A stretch of DNA of 64,000 bases from an uncultured Isosphaeraceae bacterium (GCA_964474235.1 CAYYRP010000010.1:4934-68933), one strand, 5' to 3'; positions 18,701 to 28,336 are shown, counted from the first letter of the stretch. The notes: generated by a model from the letters alone, not told the origin. A program made the numbers and translations.

Positions 18701-21700
18701 GGGTCGCAATTCGTTCCATCACCCCAATATTGACCTTGCAAATCATTACAAGAAGTTTCATCAACTTCTTTGCATTGTCCTGTTGGCAAGCAACATGCCC
18801 CCACCTCGATAACACATTGGTTATCGCAATCGCTGCACAATGTGTCATCGCCCCAGTACTGAATGCCACCACTTGCAACACAAAATAGTTCAGTAACTTC
18901 CATACAACTAGAACTATCTAAACAACACGCTCCTACAATGCAATTGGTTGCATCACATAACGAATCATCGCCTTGATAGAATCCTGCAAGTAATAAACAG
19001 GATGGCTCTGTCACTTCGACACACTCCCCTATACCCAAACAGCATGCTCCATCAGGACGACCGGGGACACTCGCTCCGCCAACGCAACAGCAATGCCCAT
19101 CAACACACAGAGTTCCGTCTCCACTGTATTCACCGCCAAGTTCACTGCATGTAAATGGTGATACTTCAGTACATTCAAATGTAATAATGCAACATGCACC
19201 TTTTACACATGGACTTGTATCACACATCACCCCGTCACCTTGATACAGACCGCCAAGATCAACGCACGATGTTTGCGGAACATTCACACACGGTTCATCC
19301 GGAATACAACAAGCGCCTTCTATATTTGGAGTACATGGATCTCCTGCGCAAGTTGTAATGCCGTCCCAAACGCCGAGCATCAAGTCACATTGATCCTGTG
19401 TGATGTCTGCACATTCATCTGTGTTGAAGCAACATCGGCCAAGAATAAGAGGCGCTGGTGCGCACGATGCATTGTCACAATCAACGCCGTCCCCTTCATA
19501 CGAACTGAGGAGATCGTCGCACATAGCAAGTGTCATTTGTTCACACGTTCCATCAAGTAAGCAACACGCACCGACTGTACAAGGGGCAGCGCCACACGTG
19601 GTTCCATCGCCTTGATACGTCCCTGCTTTATCAATACATGCTTCTTCAGTGATTGTGACACAATAATTATCTTGAAGACAACAAGCACTTTCAATAACAT
19701 CAAGACATGGATCGGTACTGCAGAGTGTTCCATCACCTTGATAACTCCCAGCGAGATTGTCACACAAGTTTAATGGTGTCACTTCACACTCACCTGTTGG
19801 CAAACAACACGCGCCCGTATCGCAAATTCCTTCACAGCAACTCGTCGAATCGCCTTGGTATGTTCCTGCAATGAGTGCACATACAGATTGAGGAATTGTC
19901 ACACAACCTTCTAACCCCAGACAGCATGCGCCTTCAAAAACTGCAGGGCAATTTGAGTCAAAGCAAGTTGTATCTGAACCAATAAATGCTCCGCCAAGGT
20001 CCAGACAAGTAGAACTTCTTACAGTTTCGCAGAGTTGCAGATCGCTTATGCAGCAAGCTCCAACTTCTGATGAATCAGGAACATCTCCGCAGGTTCCCTC
20101 TACACAAGAACCACCATCGATTGAACCACCCAAGCTTAAACAAGTGCTAGATAAAATATTTTCACAGTTCCCATCGGGCAAACAACACGCTTGCGTGCTA
20201 CAAGAACCATCTTCACAGCTTGAGCTGATACCACCAAAGATGCCTGCTAAGTCATCGCATATATCTTCTGTAACTTCGTAACAAGCGCTTGCTAGGCAAC
20301 AGGCGCCCTCAAATACATCACAACATGGTTCACCCGAACATTCAGAACCATAGCCTTGGAACGAACCAAGCAAATCAGTTTCACAAATGTGCCGTGTAAT
20401 TTCTTCACAGAACAAAGCCTCATCATCACCAGCAGTAAAACAGCATGCGCCACCGCACTCGATTGCACCACACAAGACGCCATCAAAGTACGAGCCACCT
20501 ATATCATGGCATTCTGAGGAAGCAGTTTGCATATTATCTCCATTTGAATCCACAGTTGATGTCATGTTGATACAACTACCACTCCCAAGGCAACATGCGC
20601 CTGTTATGAGGCATGGAGCCTCTGCACAGAATGTTCCAGAATTGTATTCGCCTTCAAACACAGATTCGCAGTATTCTTCAGTCCACACATCCATACAATC
20701 ACCATTTGGTAAGCAGCAAGATCCAGTTGTACAAGCGATGCTTGCACAGTCCGTTGAGGCACCTAAATAATCACCGCCGAGTGTTACGCACTCTGCTTCA
20801 GAAAATACATCGATACAACTTCCACTTCCAAGGCAACAGGCGCCTGTCGAATTACACACCTCCTCTGTGCAATCTAGCCCGTCACCCCTATACACGCCAC
20901 CATACAACATACATGTTTCTTCGATCAGGGTTACACATGTGCTCGCCGGCAAACAACATGCACCAACCGTAGGATCTGTACATAAACCAACCGAACACGA
21001 AACGCCTTCCGTCCACTGTGTATCTTCCACAGGAACACCAGAAAGTTTTGTAAGTTGCTCACAGTGAACGAGAGAAATTTCAAGACATTCGCCAGTTGCA
21101 ATCAAACAACATGATCCAATGACTGCTGGCGATCCAGTACAGTCTGCACATGTAGTTGCCTCACCTTGATAAACACCTGAGAGCATTGTACAGAAACCTT
21201 CTGTCACTACTTCGCAACGGAATTCGCCAATACAACACGCTCCAATAGCACATGGTGCAGAATCGCAAAGTTCACCGTCCCCTTTGTACTCGCCACCCAT
21301 GTCATAACAGACCAGTGCGTCCACTTCAATACAAAAGCCAATTGGCAAATCAAGCGGATCCGACCCAGTTGGGATCTCAGGGATATGCGTAATACAACAT
21401 GCACCAGATCCACAAGGATCAGTTGAACACAAAACAGACAGCCCCGCAAAAGTACCGCCAACTGTTGCGCATTGCGCAGCCGTTAAATCTTCACATATTC
21501 CCGCAGTTGGCTGACCAGTTGGCGAATTATTTGCAATACAGCAGCCACCCAATGCAGGTGTTACCGCTCCGCCACAGGGGTCGGTGTCACAAAATATATC
21601 GTCACCTGAATATGTTCCACCAAGGGCAGTACAGACTACAAATGTGATATCAACACAATCAGTCCCCACACAACACCCTCCGCGAGGAGTACAAGTAACA

Positions 21701-24700
21701 GTATCGCATGTTGTCCCAGCACCTTGGAACGTACCGTATAGTTGTTCCTCGCACGTGCGTATCGAAACGTCTTCACATCCACCCTTTGGCAAACAACAGG
21801 CGCCAAAACATTCGATATCAGAGCAATTTTGACCCGCAAAATATGTACCGTCAAAGTTCAAGCAAGAATCTTCAGAGATATATACACAAGAGCCAGAATT
21901 AAGCGATGTACCAGCTGCAAGATCATCGTCTGTATCAAGACAACAAGCTCCGAATGCTCCGCCACTCCCGCCGCATGGATCTTCGGCACAAGTTACACCC
22001 AACTGATAGGTGCCACTGAGCTCAAAACAAGTGCTAATAGTTACATTTGTACACTGCCCACTGTCTAGGCAACACGCACCTCCACACGGATCATCAATAC
22101 AAAATCTTCCCAATTGAAACACGCCGCCAAAATCTAGACACGTGGTTTCGCCTGCTTCTCGTATATCAATACAACTTCCACTTAGCAAACAACATGCCCC
22201 TTCTGGAGTACACGGAAGAGAAACACAATCAGAATCTATACCTTTGTATTCACCGCCCATATCTGTACAACTCTCTTCTGAAAGTAATTCACAGCCGAGT
22301 AAATCATCTATATCAAGATCAAAACAGCATGCACCCCCACAAGAAATTTCACAACAGAGTTCACCATCATGATATTCACCACCAAGTGTAATGCAATGTT
22401 CTCTGGCGATTTCAATGCAATTTCCTGCCGGTAGACAACATGCCCAACATGAAACAAGTTCGGGGCAAGTCACATCGACACACAAAGAATCTGCATGGAA
22501 TTCTAAACCGCCAAGGAGCGAGAGGCATGTTTCTTCGGAAACTTCTTCGCAGATGGTTTCAGAATCACAACCCGATAAGCAACATGCGCCAAGTGGTTCT
22601 GGGACTTTTGCTTCATGGACGTGCGCAATGAATGTTTCAAGTATAAATGGCTGCGCTTCGAGCCCGAGCATTTGGACTGAACCACCTGCGTCGTTTGAAA
22701 AATTTGTTCCGATTATTGGTAGAGCATTCTGATCATGATCACGCTGCCTGCCAAGGACAGGAGGAGTCACTGCAGAACTCAAAGGCAAACTAGACCTTGC
22801 AAAGGACCCGTTTGGATTAAATGGCAACAGGGAATGATCTCGCCATGCGTCATCTGTATCTTTGTATGCCATCATATTAGAGGCGAGTCCTGCAGCCATT
22901 AACCTCGTTTGCTGATAGGGATCTTGTAAATCACCATTACTTTGGATGGACGTACCATCCATTTCTCCAGCAACTGTACGACCATATCCATTCCAAACTC
23001 CAGTTTCAGAACCGTCGAACATACTCGTAGTTCCTGATTCTTGAGAATCTGTCATTGCAAGCAATAGTGCCAAAGGGGCTCTTTCAGAAAATGTTAATGT
23101 GCCATCGGCGTAAGATTCCCACCATGGATCTCCAAATGCAAAAGTGCCAAAATATTCTCGCAAATCCACTTTGGTTGTTGCTTGTTCTCTCCACTTGTTT
23201 GCAACATCTAAGAATGCCTCTTGCTCTTGACCAGGAGGCGAATCAGATGCAGCTTGCACGGCTTCGTATACAACCTTGAGCGGGAACATTTGCCCCCAAA
23301 CATTTGTTGGTGCTGCGTAGGAATAGTATGCACTTATGTCTAAGGGATCACCATCATCACCACTTGGCAAATCACCCTCTGAGAGATCTGGGTCAAAGCG
23401 ATTGGCAAACCGATCTTCCCATCGAAGCCATGGTGGAAGCAGATCATTTCTTACACCACTAAACAAAGTCATCTTGCGTCGATTATCGAAAACAAGTTGC
23501 GAATTTGTGAGTTGATCACGCAGCTCACTTGCTTCGTGAGCTTTGGTGTAATCACTGCGAATGAATTGCTGACCTACATCGCCATTGGCATTCACTCTGT
23601 TAATACTATTTTCGAATCGGCTTCCAATAAATTGGTAGTTATTCCCCTCGTTAATTCTGAGTTCTATTTCATCAGAGAGGTTGTAGGGTCTAAATCCACG
23701 TCTCGCGTTGAGTGGATTTCTGCCTACGAGTTGCCAATACCAGCGGCGACCATACAGAGAAGTAATGTTATCCCATGGATCATTCAAATCAGCAAATGGA
23801 TTCGCAGTTGTATCGTAAAAAATATCATTCGAAGTCGAGCCACTGACCTGCGCTCCAACTTCATCAAGGATTGATGCATACTCTTGGTCTTGCCAACGGT
23901 CCGTATCCCAAGCCACGACAACTCTTGGGTCATTGGGGTCATCAAGTTCACCGTATGTGATCCAATCTGGTGCGTTAGCAGGTGTATCAAGAAAGCCTAC
24001 TTTCCAATTTGAATCTGTTTCGCTGTAGACATCGTTTTGTGCAACAAGAGCGATGTCGGCAGGTGTATGACCTCTAGTCCCTTCCCCGCCAAGGGCTACC
24101 ATCGGCTGACTCGTACTTGGCATCCCCTCGCCTCTTTGTGGCATTGATGCAGTAATGCCTGAGCTAGAAACATCAACACGATGAAACCGTGACCCAACGT
24201 TAAAATTTACTTTTCCAGAGTTATCAGTAATAGAAATACCAACAATTTGACGAATGTCCGAGCCTGCTTCATACGGTGACAAGTGCCAAATAGAATCTGT
24301 AAAGCCGTCGCCATCAGAGTCTGTCAGCGTTCGTTCTACCATCCACCGTGGAGTCCCATCTTCGAAGGCATCCATCGGCCGTTCACCCTGTTCATGCTGG
24401 ACCCCGTCATTATCTAGATCACTTAAATTCAAGAAGTTGATTGGTAGTAGTTCACTATTAGATTGTGCATTTACCCAGCCATCTAAACTGTACCAATTGT
24501 ACCAACGAGTCCAAAAGTCACCATTGTTATCTAATACATTGCCATCGCTAATTGGCAAATCAAAACCGAGCCCGACTTCGGCAGGCAGTTGCCCCCCAAC
24601 AGTTGGGCGCCACGAGGGCCACTGCTCAACTGGTACATCGAGATCTGTCATCACGCCATCGCCGCCAATATCTGAAATATTGCGTACAGGTCTCCATGCA

Positions 24701-25317
24701 TTCGTGCTTTGTGAGAGGTTCGTCAAATGACGCCAATGCGTAAAGGTGTCAGGTGTACCATCAACGTCATTCCACTCATCTGGGAGATCCTCAGTGGCAA
24801 CATCCACTCGTAAATCTGCTCGCTGTGGCTCCGTGTCACGCAGCCAACGTGCATCACCAAATGATGGACCACCAAGAGGATTATCAGGTCCGACGTTATC
24901 ATCAAAGAAACCACTGCCATTATCATCAACCCTATTGTAATCGTCTGGTGGATTCGTCCAAGGAATGACTGCGTATGGAGCAAAGTTATATGGATTATTT
25001 GGATCGTGCGTCCAACGAGTCTCACCAATATCTGGCAAACGTCTTCGATTATTTGCACTCCCTTGCGGAGCGCCACCTGTAGGAATTTCAGGTTTGACGA
25101 AAAGCGCAAGGGCAATATCATCTGCGATTGCTTGCCCAATAAACCTTGCACTGTTACTCCTCGCAGCCGCGATACGTTGTGCTTTTGCAGTCACACGCGT
25201 ACCTTGCGTGCGTGTCAAGAACGCTGTTGTGACGAGTACGAGAAGAACCAAAACACCAACAACTAAAATCAAAGCGTTTGCACGGCGAAGCGGATTGTGT
25301 ATTTGTTTCATGTTCAT
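15706..25317 (-). CDS. giant (3203 aa) GspK/PilX-like minor pseudopilin carrying an internal array of about 31 six-Cys repeats and multiple DxDxDG Ca-binding-like loops
   Basis: The start is set to the ATG at 25317 (MNMKQIHNPLRRANALILVVGVLVLLVLVTTAFL), which overlaps the upstream stop as TAATG. The N-terminal hydrophobic helix lacks the G-FTLIE/E5 motif, as in GspK. A C-terminal PGMININTATVEAMRALP motif (about 16528..16548) resembles the T2SSK NxNTA helix-hairpin-helix signature. The gene sits in the position after the J-like gene. Confidence 0.7.
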   Translation of the reverse strand: MNMKQIHNPLRRANALILVVGVLVLLVLVTTAFLTRTQGTRVTAKAQRIAAARSNSARFIGQAIADDIALALFVKPEIPTGGAPQGSANNRRRLPDIGETRWTHDPNNPYNFAPYAVIPWTNPPDDYNRVDDNGSGFFDDNVGPDNPLGGPSFGDARWLRDTEPQRADLRVDVATEDLPDEWNDVDGTPDTFTHWRHLTNLSQSTNAWRPVRNISDIGGDGVMTDLDVPVEQWPSWRPTVGGQLPAEVGLGFDLPISDGNVLDNNGDFWTRWYNWYSLDGWVNAQSNSELLPINFLNLSDLDNDGVQHEQGERPMDAFEDGTPRWMVERTLTDSDGDGFTDSIWHLSPYEAGSDIRQIVGISITDNSGKVNFNVGSRFHRVDVSSSGITASMPQRGEGMPSTSQPMVALGGEGTRGHTPADIALVAQNDVYSETDSNWKVGFLDTPANAPDWITYGELDDPNDPRVVVAWDTDRWQDQEYASILDEVGAQVSGSTSNDIFYDTTANPFADLNDPWDNITSLYGRRWYWQLVGRNPLNARRGFRPYNLSDEIELRINEGNNYQFIGSRFENSINRVNANGDVGQQFIRSDYTKAHEASELRDQLTNSQLVFDNRRKMTLFSGVRNDLLPPWLRWEDRFANRFDPDLSEGDLPSGDDGDPLDISAYYSYAAPTNVWGQMFPLKVVYEAVQAASDSPPGQEQEAFLDVANKWREQATTKVDLREYFGTFAFGDPWWESYADGTLTFSERAPLALLLAMTDSQESGTTSMFDGSETGVWNGYGRTVAGEMDGTSIQSNGDLQDPYQQTRLMAAGLASNMMAYKDTDDAWRDHSLLPFNPNGSFARSSLPLSSAVTPPVLGRQRDHDQNALPIIGTNFSNDAGGSVQMLGLEAQPFILETFIAHVHEAKVPEPLGACCLSGCDSETICEEVSEETCLSLLGGLEFHADSLCVDVTCPELVSCWACCLPAGNCIEIAREHCITLGGEYHDGELCCEISCGGACCFDLDIDDLLGCELLSEESCTDMGGEYKGIDSDCVSLPCTPEGACCLLSGSCIDIREAGETTCLDFGGVFQLGRFCIDDPCGGACCLDSGQCTNVTISTCFELSGTYQLGVTCAEDPCGGSGGAFGACCLDTDDDLAAGTSLNSGSCVYISEDSCLNFDGTYFAGQNCSDIECFGACCLPKGGCEDVSIRTCEEQLYGTFQGAGTTCDTVTCTPRGGCCVGTDCVDITFVVCTALGGTYSGDDIFCDTDPCGGAVTPALGGCCIANNSPTGQPTAGICEDLTAAQCATVGGTFAGLSVLCSTDPCGSGACCITHIPEIPTGSDPLDLPIGFCIEVDALVCYDMGGEYKGDGELCDSAPCAIGACCIGEFRCEVVTEGFCTMLSGVYQGEATTCADCTGSPAVIGSCCLIATGECLEISLVHCEQLTKLSGVPVEDTQWTEGVSCSVGLCTDPTVGACCLPASTCVTLIEETCMLYGGVYRGDGLDCTEEVCNSTGACCLGSGSCIDVFSEAECVTLGGDYLGASTDCASIACTTGSCCLPNGDCMDVWTEEYCESVFEGEYNSGTFCAEAPCLITGACCLGSGSCINMTSTVDSNGDNMQTASSECHDIGGSYFDGVLCGAIECGGACCFTAGDDEALFCEEITRHICETDLLGSFQGYGSECSGEPCCDVFEGACCLASACYEVTEDICDDLAGIFGGISSSCEDGSCSTQACCLPDGNCENILSSTCLSLGGSIDGGSCVEGTCGDVPDSSEVGACCISDLQLCETVRSSTCLDLGGAFIGSDTTCFDSNCPAVFEGACCLGLEGCVTIPQSVCALIAGTYQGDSTSCCEGICDTGACCLPTGECEVTPLNLCDNLAGSYQGDGTLCSTDPCLDVIESACCLQDNYCVTITEEACIDKAGTYQGDGTTCGAAPCTVGACCLLDGTCEQMTLAMCDDLLSSYEGDGVDCDNASCAPAPLILGRCCFNTDECADITQDQCDLMLGVWDGITTCAGDPCTPNIEGACCIPDEPCVNVPQTSCVDLGGLYQGDGVMCDTSPCVKGACCIITFECTEVSPFTCSELGGEYSGDGTLCVDGHCCCVGGASVPGRPDGACCLGIGECVEVTEPSCLLLAGFYQGDDSLCDATNCIVGACCLDSSSCMEVTELFCVASGGIQYWGDDTLCSDCDNQCVIEVGACCLPTGQCKEVDETSCNDLQGQYWGDGTNCDPSPCGLGSCCVSSGSCLMVVDGDACGLINGTYQGDGTVCTSTTCEPFYLVTPDTDECPQETVAVVQLANPFDRVIDLSDYTVEFFGQRLDLSFLVSTNQQFLYPSTPENPATLILYAMTDEETITIPKEEFAPIANPQFRIDWLDFLDLDVADHPAGAAGSIIAEVPEGDWSTQREWYDALSDEAQHAVALYKTDVDQLVLIDRLDRPDEFNSFTKRVVDDMEDEWDKVDKDDDADDGFIDTEILVTDPDNPHDVLFVQWDRATRAWGVDVPDMYGWHNGTYDSWERNPRFVFSARDHIRSLDLLPVMNTAETDPNIDHTSVFEWKWELATPEDPDDMNGDGNPDSGDDDMVADDPDPWFTVETWSPRGDNEIINDGLIAGGLRNRKPTYFDMNYQENALFPDKGWYGQSRKEAIHDPTDGTWAPHEYAEDGTFAANPAFLDFEFDPFDADAADGIGENEALFEDTDLDEDGFVVGDGVEGEAERDMAFPFSMQMLQKDDDFEQVGEVLNCWLFGHMIESDILFDQALPDVTFSLNRGPLDGGDIHSTGTQVTFSEFMFPKIIDKDGDLLADDEDGDGNPDWDWWAPLTGIARFSSLDDLDGPADIDETRTEFYVDARVNRLRFNQGVEDFENTLDPNDTQQMTLPMMLGGTQLGWDDSISSYRVAEYPWPRLSVAGRVLDTFVCDGPGRLGGDLQPSDTQWFSFYNANGFTGKSTPGMININTATVEAMRALPHMNKIVHATQQSDSGGAVSGDVNPRSLIPESILQWRENGNGFADQIVGTGIVGAPDYSDRSWRLGLGNASMLEETRGFASPSQIGMLSASPFDTMETEYKPEFVVEPWSSSNHQAIRGPAAWRIDYAGLEPFSEFGTSNSNWIADGVGAPISTDVNSRNVVDDKGAPVDIYEEDSLIGDRVSGDSEELNMLQAGISNLITTTSDVFTVHMRIRTFRKNSATGVWDATDLDYIIDDSRYVMLVDRSEVNTPQDKPKILYFEKLPN
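18571..22590 (-). repeat. coding tandem array of about 31 diverged units of about 43 aa (CC-x5-C-x7-C-x12-C-x5-C) inside the giant gene
   Basis: Counted by eye in the translation. Units start G-A-C-C-[LFIV], for example GACCLPTGECEVTPLNLCDNLAGSYQGDGTLCSTDPC. The first GACC codons are at 22590 and the last Cys codon is at 18571..18573. Confidence 0.85.
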
Positions 25318-27110
25318 TATTCGCGCTCCGGTATATTGACGACAAATTGATATGTCCACCCAGCACCAAGTCGATTATCTGGATCTTGTAATCGAAGCGT
25401 TACCTTAATAGCCGTTGGTCTTGGGGTGTATCGCCACACGACATTACCTGCCTGATCACCGTTGTCCCACCCACCATCTTCTACTGCTCCATCATCTACA
25501 TTCGGATTCGCAGAATATTCATTCACAAAATCTAAACCATTTTCGAGAAATGGATCTGCGTTGTTATATCCAAAGATCGCCCAATATTCATTCACGCCAT
25601 CATCGTCTATCCCCTCAACAGTGGGAACGGGTGCGAGGGAGGAGCCCTCACCATCCACGAAAGTTCGCTCTATAAACCAAGGGTCAATCGACCACGCTGC
25701 AATGTCTGCAAATTCCGCATCATCGTCTGCAATATCTGTATCGTGGGTTGCAAACGGGTCATCTTGGGTGTGTATCCCATCCCAAGGATTACCTGTCGCT
25801 TGATTATAAAAATCTTGGAGTGTAGAGAACTCAATTGAGTAATCATATTCATCATCTCGTGTGGAACCACCCCACCACGGTTGCTGCCACTGATTTGCAT
25901 AATTAAAGCCAGGAAACCACTGCCCGCTTGTATCAATTGCTTCACCAACACCCTCGTCATACGTCCATTCAACTTGAAACGTGACGCACCCTTGCGCAAT
26001 TGCTGCAACTCGCATCGCCTGATCTGCCCTGTCCAACGTTGGTGGAATTGGTTCTACTCTCGGCCAATACATAAGACTTGCAATCAGTTCTTGTTGATCT
26101 ACATTGTCGGGAACTTGATTCGTGTTTCCTAAAAATGCTCCCTGCCAGACACGATCTTCAGAAGAACTAGACCCTTCTTCCCACTGAAGAACGGATTCGC
26201 GAATATCCGCTAAGTGGGTTGCAGCAGTGTCCACTCTGCTGTGCTGGATTTGAGGAATAGTTTCACCTGCTTCGACACGTGGGTCCCATGGAAATATACT
26301 GCGTGCAGCAAGCGCGCCAGGAGAATAGGTGCCAGACGAAAGGTAAATCGTCTTACTTGTATCTCGTGGAGAATTATCATCATCATCTGCGAGGACAACA
26401 AGTTGCCTGCATAAAATCCAATCGGTTGGGTTTGGCTGCGTGCCCCCTGCAAAACCGCCTTCGCCATCAACGATATCAAATCGTTCAGCTTGACCATCAG
26501 AATAGATTCTTGATTGAAAAGAGACCATTCCCTCGTACCATGGGGTAACCACTTGCTGCGTGCTAGAAGGAAAGAGAACGGGATCCGCCGATTGGTTCGA
26601 CGTAGGCGTGCCATATTCATCCTCAGCAATACCGTCTAATCGAGGAAACTGCAGCCCATGTCCGTAATACACCATCGCAGAACATCCTTGTCCTGCAAAA
26701 TTAGTGCCGCCATTTGTCCCTGGTGAAGCACCATTAAAAACCATTGGGCTCGCGACAGCTTCGGTGAGGAAAATCAATTGGTCACATCGCACAATTGCAG
26801 AAGCATCTTGCGAAGGATCTAAGAGGTCGTATTCACTACGGACGTTATTCGCAACAGCAACACTTCGAATTGCAAAGAACCCTTCTGGAGAAATCTTTGC
26901 AATATCTTCTCGCAATTGTTGTTCGATAGCAATAGCCTGCTGAAGCGTACTCGTTGTAGCGGCACCAATAGCAGCAACCTTGCTCGTCACGCTAAATATT
27001 CTTGAAACTGCAATCATAATTGCTAGTAGTACGACGATTGAAACCATAAGTTCCATTAACGTGAACCCAACTCGTAAACTATTTCTGAACCTTTCAAGAA
27101 CAGTAGACAT
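25317..27110 (-). CDS. prepilin-type N-terminal domain protein, GspJ/PilW-like position (597 aa)
   Basis: N-terminus MSTVLERFRNSLRVG-FTLMELMVSIVVLLAIM (class III signal with E5). It lies between the I-like and K-like genes. Confidence 0.7.
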   Translation of the reverse strand: MSTVLERFRNSLRVGFTLMELMVSIVVLLAIMIAVSRIFSVTSKVAAIGAATTSTLQQAIAIEQQLREDIAKISPEGFFAIRSVAVANNVRSEYDLLDPSQDASAIVRCDQLIFLTEAVASPMVFNGASPGTNGGTNFAGQGCSAMVYYGHGLQFPRLDGIAEDEYGTPTSNQSADPVLFPSSTQQVVTPWYEGMVSFQSRIYSDGQAERFDIVDGEGGFAGGTQPNPTDWILCRQLVVLADDDDNSPRDTSKTIYLSSGTYSPGALAARSIFPWDPRVEAGETIPQIQHSRVDTAATHLADIRESVLQWEEGSSSSEDRVWQGAFLGNTNQVPDNVDQQELIASLMYWPRVEPIPPTLDRADQAMRVAAIAQGCVTFQVEWTYDEGVGEAIDTSGQWFPGFNYANQWQQPWWGGSTRDDEYDYSIEFSTLQDFYNQATGNPWDGIHTQDDPFATHDTDIADDDAEFADIAAWSIDPWFIERTFVDGEGSSLAPVPTVEGIDDDGVNEYWAIFGYNNADPFLENGLDFVNEYSANPNVDDGAVEDGGWDNGDQAGNVVWRYTPRPTAIKVTLRLQDPDNRLGAGWTYQFVVNIPERE

Positions 27111-28336
27111 TAGAGTTCCTCCACCATTGCAAATATAGGGACAATTGTACGATTCAAGGAATCACTTGTTGGCAAATACCAAATATCTGTGACAACACCT
27201 TCTTCTACCATGCCCCCAAAAGAACCTGTTGGGATAACGGGCGGATTTTGCAGTGCGCCTTCCCACCAATTCACATTCGTTGGAGCGGCCACACTTGCAT
27301 CATTTACTGAAGGAGAGACCATCACACTTGCTGGAGCTGAGATGAGTTTCACTTCTTCATCCGAGAGTCTTCTTCGACCTCGCTGTACTCGGTGGATGTG
27401 TCCATTTTGATCCACAATCCACTGGCCCACTGCTTGCCAATGGTTGTTCGGTTCGTTTGGATTGTCTGCATCTGTTCCTGCAAGAACATTCGTTGTTGCA
27501 TCCCATGATCCAGTAGAACTATCAATAAGAGAACGATAAAACGGTAACTGCGGTGTTTGCCAATTCGTAGTGTCTACTATGTATGGTCCTGTTTCATTTG
27601 AATCAACAATTCTATACACGAATATTGCGACAAGAATTCTTTGTTCATACCTGCGGAACATACAGTCCCAATAATATTTACCGCCATCACGAGAAGTAGG
27701 ATCATATCCTTCAAGCGTATTTACTCGTGGATCACCATCCCACATTGGGTATTGACGTTCAGAAGCAGTTATACGGATTACAGGGGGGCGATCGGCAAGC
27801 GGGTTCCCTGAGTCATCGATTTCATTTGGAAATTTTTCTTTGTTATAAGGGATTCCTGGGACGTCAGTTGATGAAGCCCATCGCTCTGCTATATGGTCGG
27901 AATCAGGGTAACCAAAAATGTCTATTGCGCCACGCAATGTCACATCAACTGGGTTTGAAGCATCGCCAAATCCTGAAGGAATAAAAGCAGGACGACGCCA
28001 CATCCAATCGCCACAAATTGTTCTCCAATGATTTGAATTACCACTTGGAGTACCAACATTAAAATCGCATAAATCTGGTGACCAATTAATAGGATCAAAC
28101 ACTTCGCAATATCCGAAATCATCTGGCTTAAGTTTGGAACGAAGCAACGTCATTGCATTGTTTGCAACAATAGGACCAAGAAGATCATCGGCGGCACGTT
28201 GTTGTTGCCGAATCCCCGCAGGCAAGAGTGCCGCGATGCTAATAATTCCAATGCCAAGAATAAAAATGGCGAGCAACAGTTCGATCAAAGAAAAACCTTG
28301 TGGTTTACGGTTAATTATTTTTCTAGGACGAATCAT
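27110..28336 (-). CDS. prepilin-type N-terminal domain protein, GspI/PilV-like (408 aa)
   Basis: N-terminus MIRPRKIINRKPQG-FSLIELLLAIFILGIGIISIAALLP, which resembles PilV/GspI leaders. Its stop shares base 27110 with the ATG of the J-like gene. Confidence 0.7.
   Translation of the reverse strand: MIRPRKIINRKPQGFSLIELLLAIFILGIGIISIAALLPAGIRQQQRAADDLLGPIVANNAMTLLRSKLKPDDFGYCEVFDPINWSPDLCDFNVGTPSGNSNHWRTICGDWMWRRPAFIPSGFGDASNPVDVTLRGAIDIFGYPDSDHIAERWASSTDVPGIPYNKEKFPNEIDDSGNPLADRPPVIRITASERQYPMWDGDPRVNTLEGYDPTSRDGGKYYWDCMFRRYEQRILVAIFVYRIVDSNETGPYIVDTTNWQTPQLPFYRSLIDSSTGSWDATTNVLAGTDADNPNEPNNHWQAVGQWIVDQNGHIHRVQRGRRRLSDEEVKLISAPASVMVSPSVNDASVAAPTNVNWWEGALQNPPVIPTGSFGGMVEEGVVTDIWYLPTSDSLNRTIVPIFAMVEEL

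Noticed and set aside
18505-22732. Numerous plus-strand ORFs antisense to the giant gene (for example 20387..20770, 22391..22732 and 19240..19560), several containing recurring KQHAP/RQHAP strings
   Set aside because: They are mirror images of the GACCL repeat. GCA/ACA antisense of the Cys codons keeps the opposite strand free of stops, and the periodic QQHAP is simply the reverse complement of G-A-C-C-L. They have no independent start or RBS support.
15706-25317. Giant ORF as an RTX toxin, Rhs/YD toxin, cadherin-type adhesin or autotransporter
   Set aside because: There is no tandem GGxGxD nonapeptide array, no YD repeats, no PAAR or Rhs core, and no C-terminal beta-barrel-like segment. The pilin-like N-terminus, the NINTA motif and the operon position fit a GspK-like protein better.
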